DNA of 64,000 bases, from NCBI RefSeq assembly GCF_000150275.1, contig NW_002060958.1, positions 38,966 through 102,965 of the forward strand. The letters are read 5' to 3'. Both the position numbers and the translations under genes were made by a program. Source of the DNA: Trichoplax adhaerens. Taxonomy: Eukaryota > Animalia > Placozoa. The notes beneath the pieces were generated by a model. It was given only the letters and a program-made list of their open reading frames with translations, had not been told where the DNA came from and did no database searches. Below, one piece after another: positions 39,201 to 52,000 of this stretch. Within the stretch, counting starts at the first letter, position 1. Every line of letters begins with the position of its first letter.

Positions 39201-41153
39201 ATTATATAGATCATTAGCTATTAAGCATCCTACAGTTCTGATTCGGTTAGATATGCTGTTGATATTTGAATGAATAAGTAAATATAAAGCGAAATGATTA
39301 TTGCTTCAACGCAGCAACTATTAATCAACCTATTATTATTATTATTGCGAATGTGTAGACAATTGCCAGTAGTTTATGGTCTGCTTCAAGGAAGAATTCA
39401 ATTAAATTTTGAAGAATTTTATAATCGTAATCATCATCATTTTTTCATGAATGTATTAAATGCATTAGATTTGCTTCGACCGTTAATTTTTGAAACACCG
39501 GTAAGAAAGTAGCACACTACCAACTTATTTATATCTTGACCTTATGTGGCAATATCCTTACTTATCGCTATTACTGACATCTCGATTTTATACTATGCGT
39601 TAGCGAGGTAGAGTGCCACTTAAGAAAATCTTGGAAACTTATTTTAAGATGATCCAGGTTAGATATGTAGTGCTGATATTATTGTAGGTAGTAAGAATTT
39701 GTACGTGCTTACGGGCAAGTTGTAATTTGACATTGCAAAACTGTTCTTTCCCATCACTATAGGCTTATTATGTGTACGATAATTACATGACCGATCTAAT
39801 AAGCAAATTTGTGGAATTTCTTCACGCGTATTTCATATATGATGGAAATGCTGCTGTCAACTTGCTTCAGAGCAACTGTCAAATTTTAAAGTAAAGCTTA
39901 GATAGGCGTGTCTTAAGCATTTTTCCTGTATCACTCGTTGATGCGTCAACTGATGTAACTTGTTTTTCTATTCCTAGGTCTATTTCTGAGAGATATCCGG
40001 ATTTATCATTATTAAAATCTCTCCTAATTGAAGTCAATATCGACTGTAGTTATCCAAATCACGAAAGTCCCGGAATAACTTCAAGTAGATCTATAGAAGA
40101 TGAGCGAAACCAGAATGATAATACTATAAGCACAAATATGGGTTCTAAGAATCAAGAATTGGGAGCATTAACACTTGCGAGTAAACAGTGGAATTCATCC
40201 ATGTTATCGTTATTCATTAATCGTTTGTCTTCATACAAAAATATCGCAGGTATTAGAATATTTCGAAAATTAACTTAATAGACTGCTATCACTGTTAATA
40301 AGTTATATTGATGACCCAATGTTGTTATCTCATTAAAAGACTTGCTAGCATCATTACACGACCTGTTTGAAGTATCAAGGAAAAGACCTAACATTTTAGA
40401 GCACTTTCAGGTTTAGTATTTTTAGCGTAAACATTATAGCCGCAATTATTATGATATACAAATTGTACAGCTTGCCTGATTTGAATATTGCTAATAGGGA
40501 ACGGTTACTATTTTAAATTGCGATAAATTGTGAAACACCAATTGTTACTTTTATTAGATTCATTTGACAAGAATTATGTTCAATTTGGACGCAGCTTGTC
40601 GAGGATTAGCGCATACCTTGGTTTTGAGATATATTAGAGCGAATCCTAGGTATTATATAACATTGGTGAATGAACTTGTATCTGTATTTGAATTATTTTA
40701 TAAACTATTGCGTCATATATCAAGATAATGAGATCAAATGGCTGATATAGTTTTTCTTTCCATTTTCTGCGGCCAGGATGGCGCCAAACTTTAACGTAGT
40801 GCTGATGGAATGTTTAGATAGTGAACGATCTGATGTTGTTGAAACTGCTTTATATTTCGTACCAGAATACGTTTCATTGAGTAGCGGTAAGTTTATCATG
40901 TACGATTAAAAGTAATGTAGAAATAGTAAAATTAATTAATAGGGCTTTGGATGCATGCATACAAACTTAAGGAAATTCTATTTGAAACAGCTTGTGACGA
41001 TTTTAAGCTAATAATCAATTTTATTTCCGCTTATTTTGCATAGACCATTGTGATCGGCTGTTGTTGAAGCTTTTCCAGATTGGTGTTTATAGTATAGCTG
41101 ACAGTCGTAAAGTATTGTTGCAGTCGGTTAAAAGGCTGGACCTTGAATTTTAA
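30244..41153 (+). CDS. INTS1: Integrator complex subunit 1; multi-exon
   Basis: Exon 1 (30244-30289, MERSTRNRQRMNRAR) splices in phase to 31210-31242 (GHVPHGDLIALG; compare the INTS1 N-terminus MNRAK...GHPPPGDFIALG). Further matches: KPNPAYYMSLLYLAK, KAKGNVIVPVMACNIL, WPERFVQVYIQDALGERLWVD, WLQNPKLTRHAQHLL, AWEKYPTLKCLMEMVMTNNYSFPP, LCSSRSPDFLLDVIQRQG..SMPWLAQLV, LPVQCLCEFLL, QSFGIPV, LAIKHPTVLIRQLP. The last exon ends RLDLEF* (TAA 41151-41153). Confidence 0.95.
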
Positions 41154-42086
41154 AATTCTAGAAGAATGATGTTGTATATTGACCTTTGTAATATTCGTGT
41201 AACAATGAAAATTTATCCTTGAATTGATATGTAAGCTCTGTACTAAAACTTTGATATGGCATTGTAAATAACGAATTTTGTTGGTATAAAGTTGAATTTG
41301 TTGAAGGTAACAAAACTTAAGCTACTCTTTTATATACTAAAGCCATCGTTTATTAATTTTATTTTATTACGGTACGTAACTTTACTTAATTGTCTTATGG
41401 TCGTTATAGCCTTCAGATCTAACAAGTTGACAATTTTCGAATTGAAGATGACTATAGTTTATCTCCTTTCCTACATGCAATATTGCTTCAATATGTAATA
41501 TGTAAAATCAGCGTTTGAGCGTATTTTGTGAACAAAGACATGACATCATTTTTGTAGTTGCGATGTAAGAAGGCTACTTATCGTAAATAGGAGACATAGA
41601 TAGTGCATCATCTGAATACTGATACTCGTTCCAGGGATGAAGTTATACCTATTTATTGACAATTACTTTACTGTTAACGCACAAATCTCACTAATAAATT
41701 TAATGATCATTTAAAAGTGCATACTGGACATGGTTACCATTTATTGCAGCACCGACAGACATAAAAAATCTACGCCGAACACAAAGAACAAATTCCTCTT
41801 TACCATTAAAGTAATAAAATTGACAGCATAGGATCAGTGAGCCTCGTAAAAAGTTAATCCTACCTGCGCTAGTCTAATCAGATTAAATCCTGGACGAAAA
41901 TTTAATTATTTATTATGATAACTACTGTAAATAAGTAGCATAGAGTACAGTGCTACAACAAAGATACGAAAATGCGTCAATGCAATACAACAAATAAAAA
42001 GGAGTTATCGATCTTCATGGCACTAACAGAATAGATTAACTCATCAAAGTCAGATGGACGCCGATAAGTGAGAAGTATCATGTAAA

Positions 42087-43676
42087 TTACTGTCGCCTAA
42101 AGCATCTTGCAAAACGTCTAGCAATAGCCATTATTTTCATAGCGTACTGAAATAGTCTTTTCTTCTGAGCCAAAATACCGGCGGTAGCATTAGTGTATTT
42201 AGTATTTTCGGCATTCTGAGAGGTCTTAACATAACTGCACATTGTAGTATTACTGTTTGCGCAGAATCGCGCTGCTAAGTTGTGATAGACTTTGTATCGA
42301 ATGAAAGACTCGCCCTTGGCCTTTTTTACGGCAGCAATGGCTTTTCGTATGGCGGTGAAGTTTTGTTTGACTAGTAAATATCCCTGGCGTATTTGACTAA
42401 ATGAAGGGCATTGAAATCTACCACCATTGGAGCCTCCCTAATTAATTTTCACGATAATAAAAATAAGGCATAGAGTTAAAGAAAATAAAATTAAATGCTG
42501 CTTGCAGTGGTATACTCGTATTAACATGTACAAGCATATTAGGCCGTATCGTATAGAAATACTATCAACAAGTGTTACCGGTAATATTCAAGCTACAGAA
42601 AAATTAAAAATAATTGCTACATCTTAATTGAAAGTTATAAGAAATGATGTATCGCCATCGTCAATAAATTAGACCCTATTCGTATTTAGAATAAGAAAAT
42701 AATTTCTCATCATTTTTGTGCTTATAACGTACTATATTTCACTATGATACAATAGTGCTAAGATATTACATATTGCTTCGAATTATATAATTACGTCAAT
42801 CTCTCAAATATATCTATATAGCATTAGAGGTATCAATTTTTCCCGCATTTCAAACACATTAATTCTCTTGGGAATATATTACTACCTGCATATTAGCAAT
42901 CTATTTTTCGTATTTGGATACTACGGAGGTAAATTTTATCGCATTTGTTTTTCGACTACTTAATTTTCAAGAGAACAGTTGTATTTTATCATCAAGAAAT
43001 AGAATTTAAAACGTCATTGATACACTGTGCTAGTATCCTAATTTCAGAGTTACATGCTACGCTCCGTTACTTATTCTGGAACTCTCCGACTACAATATCA
43101 ATTTAATTAATTAAATTTTAAGTTGCTAAGACTTAAATTTGAAACATTTGAAACTTTTTTATGGGATTAAGAAAAAATACTGCCGTTAAAAAATTTTAAC
43201 TTTTAGGAAGAAAACGCTCAGTAGATAAAACCTACATTGTTTCCACCATTACTACCATGGTTTTTTTCATTAGTCAGAATGATGTCAATCTTGGTACTAA
43301 ATTGTGTAAGAAAAAGTAATGGGTTACGATTCATTTGGAAAAAGAAGGGATTTCATTTAAATGTAAGGCGATGATTTGAATATTACTTCTACCTAGCTTT
43401 TTCGGCCTCGCCAATAAGAATATCGGCAGCTTTCTCATCAAATAAGTTGTAATCGACCTTTTCTGGTGCAATTGGTTCAAGTCGCTGATTAACGCGTTTT
43501 GCATCAATTATTTCATCTATTTCTTCATCTTCTTCGTCATATCTATCATCGCTTTCTCGATCAGGAAATACAAACTCTTCGTAGCGATCATCAGGGACTA
43601 CAGAAGCAGACACATCATAACTGACAGATATTAAAAGAAGGGCAATCAGCCAAATAAAGAATGGAAACTTTGCCAT
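42087..43676 (-). CDS. Secreted preproprotein (3 exons, 231 aa): signal peptide, acidic pro-region, Gly/Asn linker, cationic 4-Cys C-terminal domain
   Basis: Exons 43676-43393, 43296-43236 and 42437-42087 are phase-consistent and sum to 696 nt. The N-terminus MAKFPFFIWLIALLLISVSYDVSA is a signal peptide, followed by DDRYDEEDEEIDEIIDAKR. Exon 3 reads GGSNGGRFQCPSFSQIRQGYLLVKQNFTAIRKAIAAVKKAKGESFIRYKVYHNLAARFCANSNTTMCSYVKTSQNAENTKYTNATAGILAQKKRLFQYAMKIMAIARRFARCFRRQ*. Confidence 0.82.
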
Positions 43677-43783
43677 AGCTAAATCGAAGTTTATGCTTGG
43701 AAGAAATGAAATAGCGATGAATTAGGATGGTTGTTGCGTCAAAACGACTTCTGGTTACTAAGAAAACCTGTGGATACACTTCT

Positions 43784-43792
43784 CTTTATATA
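43784..43792 (-). promoter_or_regulatory. TATA box of the secreted-protein gene
   Basis: The minus strand reads TATATAAAG about 110 nt upstream of the ATG at 43676. Confidence 0.55.
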
Positions 43793-46700
43793 CGTTTATA
43801 CTGACCTACATATATTCTTTCTTTCATTCAATTGCTGCATACGGCACTTCTATTATCTTTTATTTTTAAGACGTGGCCAATTTCGCCTATTTTATACACG
43901 TAAGTGATGTCATTATGATGAACAATTTATCTATTTCTTCTTGTTCCTTTATAACAATGATTTGTATTAAGCAGAAAAGAATTAAATTTTATATGCTATG
44001 ACGAACAGTTTTTGTGCCTTTGTTTAGAAAGGCCACTATGGGGTTTGATTAAATTTATGTTTCGTCTCTAATTGGCAATCTTTAGAATTGGTTGACATGA
44101 CAAATTGTTAGATCAAGCCAGTCCGTTCTTCGATGAATTAATAGGTACATAAATTGATTCAAGTAAAGCATCCTATTACGGATTTATGGTAGCTTAATCA
44201 CCTAAACTCTAGCCTATTTCTAAATTCACCGGATAAATTCTTCCTGCTGTAATTAAACGATATTTTCAATCATGTTGAAAACAAATTTTAAACAATACGG
44301 TTATTGATGGAAGAATGGCGGTATGTTCTTGTTATCTTGCAATATTGTTAATATTTTATTAGTAACGGAAAAAAGTAAAATTTTATATTGTTATCTAAGT
44401 CAATTTGTACTACCTATTATGAATATATTTGCTTTTTGTATTGTCGCTAAAACTCCCTAAGGCTATTTGGCTAATTAAAATTGTTCTGATATGCATGATA
44501 TAATTTTAGATATAAGTCGATTAGTATAAGGGGCGGCTGAAGAATTTCTATCATGCGTATGAATATATATCTTAACAGGTAATTGTGATTGAATAACATT
44601 GGTTAGATTGTCTGAATGATTCCTATTGGCATAAGGGTAGCAATTCGTCATTAAGGGTGCAGTGTGAAATGTCTCTGTAACCTTTGACACCAATTTAGCG
44701 CAGTAGCTATTGTAATCTTTAGTAAATACTTCTATATAGATTGGCTAATGGCCTCGAGAATTCGAGAAATATAGAGTCACTATTAGGATGCAATACTAAG
44801 TCAGAATGTTGAAGGTGATTGAAAAATTTACTCTACGAATCAAACCCTAACCTTGTGTTAAGAAAAGAAAGCATTAGTTTTGTAACAATTTCTTTAATTG
44901 GCTTAGAATTATTATAATCTAATTTCCAGTATACAGCTTATTAACCCACACGAAATAACCTACTGGACAATAGTTCTAACAAGTGTATTCTATGATTAAC
45001 TGGACAGTGATTATATTATCGGTATAATGTCTAATATTTAGTATCAGCAGTACTTTATTACGTGAAGTTAATCTATGCATAGCCAGTATTGGGCTTAATC
45101 CGATACGTTGTACACTAAGCATCGTTTTGCTTAATTTATTAATATTATAACTGTTGTTACTCTTATTATAGGAGTGTGATATAAAGTAGATATCTGTAGT
45201 TTCAAATCACATACTTAAGAAAGAAAGACACTCGTGATATTACTCTACGATAATCTATGGTAATCATAGGGATTGAAATTACCAGTTGGAGATATATGAA
45301 TATAGGATTGTATTGATATTTGTTAATTAATAAATAATCTAGTTTACTAAATAAGTTATTGAGAATATCGTCTATACTGATTATTCAATTTTAAACGATA
45401 GTCTACAATTTAATCTAGTATAAGTGAGAAGTAATACTAATACTACAATATAAAATGCAACCCACAATGATGAACTTTTATCGTTCTATTTTTTTGTAAT
45501 CCCGAGAGACATGACGGATACTGTACGTAGGACAAAGTGATTGAAGCATTGATATTTTAGAAGTTCGCCCGTGTATATTACTATGTCCATTAAGAATATT
45601 GTTAGCAGGCTGCCATAGTAGGTTGTCATACATAACGCGAATCTTGTTTGCACGTAATTTGCCTTACTATCTTACAGTTAGATACCCATCATAATATATA
45701 GCAAGTAATCATCAACATTTATTATTTCGTAAACATTGAAGTGTATACGAGGTGATGCTGTTAATGGGTAGTTTTATTTCCATCATAGCTTGTTACTAAT
45801 GTCATTTTTCGCTGTATGCAAGCGTTACATTATGAAGCGTATATTCTTTAATGCACTATAGGTTTGATCTATAATGCATAAAATTCATGAAGCTAGTTTA
45901 GCAGTGGACTATAGACATTTCCTAGATTACCTACTGAGAAAGCATTAACCGATCTTTCATGCTATACAATCGAAAAGAATATGAAGCACAGAAATAGATA
46001 TAATTATACGTTATAGTATCCTACAGTGATACTGTAACGCCTACTATTAATAATTAATTAGAAATAAACACCCTTTAGACGCGACTTCTGCTGCGATATG
46101 AGAGCTAACTTCAAAATAACCGTGGTGATTAAGCTTTATAAGACTGCAATAATAAAAATTTGATGGCACAATCATTCCTTTTGCCAACTAGTTCCTTTCT
46201 TGAGATAGAATCATATAGATATAGTTTTAGTTTAATTCTATTTAGTCTTTTTGTTTACAATATTTGTTAAACAGCATGAAGAATTTAACTGAGAATAAAC
46301 TCAAATAAATAAGTCCTTGATATACGTATGCGCCATATTTAAAAATATCATTGAGAAGTAATTGATAGACAGCGCAAATTATTCAGTTAAATAATTCTGT
46401 AATGCTTAGCTTTTCTCTAATTTAGGTACATGTTGCCTATATTTAGAAACTTTTATTCTGTTTTCTGCATTATTCTATCGTAAGGACATTACGAGAATAG
46501 CAAAGCCCCGTGAAAGTTTCACGGAATATCGCATGCTACACTTACTATCGTATTAATATGATACTTGCAAAACTGGAAATTCCATAGAATAGCTTGACTC
46601 ACGTATCATCGTATTAATATGATTTGATTGATGATTATTATTCAATGAGAATCGGTTGAAACTACATCTGATATTAAGACTTCATCCTAACATTAATTAC

Positions 46701-48419
46701 CATTACCCATATTCACGCTACCGTGACTGTGTTGCACTCAATAGAAGTAGTAGTATATCAGCTTTCGGTGGCATAATGGGAATTATCTGAACATACCGAT
46801 AGTCATTGCTATTTTTTTTTTCAAAAACGTCTATTAATATGGTTAAAAGATGACACTATTAATTCAACCTAGCTGTGATTGAGTTACAAATTTCGAATAA
46901 ATAAAATGCGATGAATATGATTATATTGGTTTGTAGCTTATCTTAATTTGCGTATGCTATTTTTTAATTATTTTTTATATGTCATATGCTTATGTCGTGT
47001 TGTGCTGCGTACCACAGTAATTTGAGAAAGAAAGTTCAGCGTCATGAAATTATATGAATGATGATTTTTATTCTTAGGATAACATGCATAACGTAGATAA
47101 CTCGGCGACCTACTTTCGATTAACACGCATGTTATTTTATGCTCTTTATTATGGATTGGGATGCATAGATTGTTTTGGGTCAACAATCAGTAGAATACCA
47201 GCACTATTTAATAAATGTAATGATGACTGCATGAATGCCCAAGTAAATCGACTATCCTGACTACAATTTGAAATTGATTACATACGCGTATATCATGATT
47301 ATAACGAAATACGTATATTCACAGTATAGCATATAGCCGTCAAAGATTTTCAATTGGTAAAATACTCTCTTCAGGCTTACGTAATTGTTACAGTATAATC
47401 ATTGCCCAGCTTATTCCATCTTTTCAGTAAATAAAAGGAAAATTTGCCAATGCCATCAATACGATGTAGTAATGTACGTGCTATACTTCTGCATAAAGTA
47501 CGAGTATTAAAGTAATGAGTTCTAAGAAGTTCCTGATTAAAATAATACAGACTTTGGAAGAAGGGAAAGCTATTTCCTGCATATAAAATATAATCAGCAA
47601 TTTCACGGCATTTTCTGGATACACTATTCCACTACAGGTATTCATTCAGCAGAATAACATAAAGAAATTGTTTGACCTTAGATTTTAACTTCTCGTGCAG
47701 CAAATACGCATAGGTATCGAATTAATTTTAGTTTGAAGTCCGTTTCAGTAATAATTGAATAGGTTTCAGAATTACTAGAGTGTACTGCAAGGTCGATAGT
47801 ATATCTTTAATTTCTCACAGTGTATAAATGATATCAAAAATCATTGTGATACCATTTATCCAGCTCCAAGCTGCCAATAATAATTATAATTGATTATTTT
47901 GTTCATCGATCTGGCCTAAAAGTCATTCAGTGAAAGTCAAGAACTGAAAAGATTTTGTTCCTCGACGTTATTACTGTAGTATAGCAAGTTATTCGTGATT
48001 TGAACTCGACTGCGTTAAACTACAGGCTTACTGTCAATCTTAGTCGGAGCTGATGAAGACTAACACTGAACAGTCACTGAAAATGAGGATTTGCCGAGCA
48101 GGATTGCCCTGTATAGTAATAATCTCAGCTAATTGCACTAGTACCGTAATAGCAGAACACTATTACACGGTCTTTACAATTTGAACAGGATATATTTTAA
48201 TAATATTGACTGCAAATTGACGTCAAGTAACAAGAAGATCCGCCATTTACGAGTTGGAACAACTTCATCTATTTGCAGTTCTAAGTTTAGAGGATGTGCA
48301 TTGCTACTGTGCGAGAAGACCATGGCTGTATGATGGGTGCTTCAATTGAAATCTATCCAGGTAAAAGATTGACATCTATGGTTCAATTATAGCGGTACAA
48401 GAAAAATACCTCTATATGA

Positions 48420-49036
48420 TAGCATAGACCACTAGAACATGGATTTGTCGATTTATGCCGGGAAAAATCGACAAGTCCCTGGATAGAATGACAGTACTAG
48501 AGATCCATGGTTACGGTTATAGCCAGGACTTAAAGAGACAAATACTATTCGATGGCTTTTATCTCCGAAGTCTCTAACCTCATGAAGAAGAATCGAGTTG
48601 GTTCGGGTCGAGCGAGTGGCCGGAAACTTTGGGGTTTAGGGTTGAGTTAAGTTTGAAGGGAATACTGCCTTTCGGATTGGGGCTAGATCAAGCTCTCAAT
48701 CTCATCGCTGTGCAGCCATGTTTTGCAGCTTCCTTCTTATTCTCTCCGAAATCCGAAAGCAGTTCCTCTTGGCCAATTCGACACCAACCAGCTCGCTGTT
48801 GTACAGTATGGAGAGAAATTGGGGTAACCGATTGCATTACAGTACAGTACTGTACCGTGAGTGTACACTGTACACTGTACACTGTGACTGACGTTGGTGA
48901 CAGACGGACTGTACTTGAAAATGTCACGGTACACAACCAGTACAAGCGTATCGGGTACTGCAGTACTGTACCATATGACTTCGCTGGTGAATCGGTCAGT
49001 CCCTTTACTTTGCCTACAAGTCTAGTGTAAACCAAG
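48420..49036 (+). promoter_or_regulatory. FLII promoter/5' region
   Basis: A GC/CpG-enriched patch with a TACAGTA/TACTGTA cluster (48800-48970), CTAGAGATCCATG (48497-48509), a CCAAT at ~48773 and a YY1/Kozak-like CAAGATGGCG overlapping the start codon. Confidence 0.5.
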
Positions 49037-52000
49037 ATGGCGTCTGGGGTGTTACCTTTCGTGCGAGGGATCGATTTAGCAAGCAATGATTTTAAGGTTA
49101 GATTCCAAACTAAATTGGCTAATTTAGACTGCAAAAACTAGATTGATTGTTATATTATCTTATTGAAAATTGTCCATTTTCTTGTCAATGAATGCTTTCG
49201 TTATGGCTACCCTGCAAAGAGAGTTAGTTCTCCATAGGCAGTCATTTCGGTGCTCCTGGAGTCTTTCTTTGCGTTTCGCCTAGTCTTGAATTTGCTATTT
49301 GTTTCTAATCTTGGATAAGATATGTTAGAGAAGCTGTTGTCTCCTATGACATACTGCAGTATGTTAACATTGAACGACGATGTTACGGAGCAGTAGGCTG
49401 TCATCAAATGCCTTAGCTGCAATCTTGTCGTTTCAATAGAGTATTAGTGTCACCAAGATTGCATTAGTACACTCGAGCGATAATCCAGTTATAGTCACTG
49501 TGATATATCTTGATATCTATTGAAACTTGCGCTATGAAGAACTTGTTGGAATAGACGCAATTCCTTGTACAATATCCTTCATAAGAGTTCATCTATTTTG
49601 AAATGAGTTAACCAGGCTGATGTCATGTCTTAGCAGTCTCTGCTAAATGCTTGTTCGTATACAGTATGTGCTGAAAGAACGTGATTTATGGTGTATTACT
49701 ATCAGAATTCTTCAGCTATTAATTATACCACCATTTCTTCCTACAGTGCTTGCTGCTAAAATCCTTTGATGTAGTTTATAGGATTGATACGTCGTGCTAT
49801 TAAAATTTAGCAGCATGTCTATCATCATTTCTTGTAAAATTTTATACTTGCAGCATAAAGTTGAAACATTACCTTACTTTACAGTTAGTCAAGTAGGTAC
49901 AAATAAAATTATGAAACACAGATATAGAGCGATCGCTAATAATTTCGTTTGCATTGAACAGTGGACATAGCCTAACAACAGTAGTTTGGTAAAATCGGTT
50001 TGGATTTTAGGATTGTCAATTACATGTAAAAAATATAGCCTGTGAAATAGGGACTTACTGTCATCAGTTACTACTATCTTGAACCATACTAACTAATAAT
50101 GTTTACAAAACTTACAATATTTCCAACCTGTATTTGAAGTTTACTAAAATACCCAGCAAGAACGAATCTATTTCCGATTGATTACGTGTTCAATAGCTCT
50201 TGTTTCGATAATATTATACCTAAATCAACTTGCAGTTTGTTATAGTATTAATAGAATCATTTGAATCAATTTCAGCAACTTCCTTTTCCTGAGGAGATGG
50301 GCGAGATGGTTAACATGAGATGGCTAAAACTCGACTCATGCAACTTAGATGAGATGCCAGAAGTCTTGCAAAGTTTTAAGAAATTGGTAATGAGCCGTTA
50401 AGCAAAATTATATACGATACTACTTTTAATTTAACCACTGAGATCGGCTAATTCTGTTTACATAAAATGCAACATTCTTTCTGAGGAATCATTTACATAC
50501 GCATGTGTTGCTATTAGCAAAAGAAGCATTTTGTTTTCCTAACTCTTTCTAATCTGGACGTTGCAGGAACGAATTTCTGTTAGTAAAAATCAACTTAAGG
50601 AACTGGGTAGTGAGCTACCAAAACTAAAAGATTTAAGGGTTAGATATGATAAGATCACTGCCATTTTTTGTCGTACGTGTAAAAATGTTAGTCTTTGTAT
50701 TGTATTTTCAAAATGCACAAGCATATCATTATTTGTTGTAACTAGAAGTGTGTCATATATGTATTCCCATGCAGTAACATAAATACTGTTAGTAAAATTT
50801 GACTAATCAGTGAAATTGATCAACACTTCATTTAGCAGCATTGACATTTGTTTAAAATTCAGGTTGTTACAGCTCGTCAAAATCAAATCACGAGTATTGG
50901 ACTACCAGGGGAACTTTTTGAACTAGATGAATTAACGACTGTGGTAAGCATTCCAAATTTGATTCATTTGTGGATGAAACTTGGCAATCATGTTGCCAAA
51001 GCGTAATCTTATTTTGATAATTTTACGTGTATCTATCTAGGATCTTAGCCATAATGATATATCGGAGGTAAGAAATTTGAAATCAAGTTCATTTTAGTTT
51101 ACAATTTAGCGAATGAATAGGTCGTAATTGTCTCGTAGATCTGCTTAGTATCAGATACCGTGCTATCATGAATCATTATAATCGAGGATTACACTTTGTA
51201 TTACAGGTGCCGCATACCTTGGGAATTGCTAGACACCTGCTAGTTCTATCTCTCAGTCATAATCGGTAAAAAGATTTACAATTATCAATAGTTGCTTGTA
51301 GTTGCTTTAAGTTCAACAATAACATGAGCAAATATTGTATGATAGGATATCTACCATACCGGGACAAGTTTTCGTGAATTTGGCTGATCTGTTTTATTTG
51401 GATATCAGTAATAATAAATTAGGTACTTAATCAAGCAAATGTAACCTATGGTACAAGTGACGAGCATTCTTTCAGTGTATTTATTTTCATGCCTTATAAT
51501 GTTTTTTCCCTTATATGTTCAATTTCAGAATTGATTCCTCCTCAATTACGAAGACTTATAAATTTACAGACGTTGGTAAGTGCAAAGCCTACATTAACTA
51601 TCTTGCGATACATTAAATCTTTACTATCGTAGCGTGTCATAATAAATACAGTAGCTAATACTGTTCAACATCATTTTAAGAATGTAATAATCTCAATTTA
51701 ACTTTGACAGGATATCTCCCACAATCCTCTTGGTCATTCACAATTAAGGTTCCTTGACTTGCCATTTGAGTACATACATTTATTGTTAATCGGTAACAAT
51801 TTTCTCTGATCCGATAATAAATTTTTAAAGGCAATTGGCATCTTTAACTTCTCTTCATAACCTGAGCTTACGTAATACGCAAGTATGAAGGAATTGATGA
51901 TTAATTTCATTTATTGGAATTTCCCACGTACGTTGCTGATAGACTTATTATTAATCATTATTTGTTACAATTACATAGAGAAGGAATGATAACGTACCTA

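Noticed and set aside
44475-47186. Short ORFs in the long intergenic region, and similar 60-100 aa ORFs elsewhere in the track
   Set aside because: AT-rich random ORFs, wrong-frame overlaps, or exon-plus-intron read-throughs of the genes already listed.
48629-49134. ORFs of 133, 148 and 65 aa around the FLII start
   Set aside because: They are by-products of the GC-richer, TACAGTA-rich promoter and overlap FLII exon 1.
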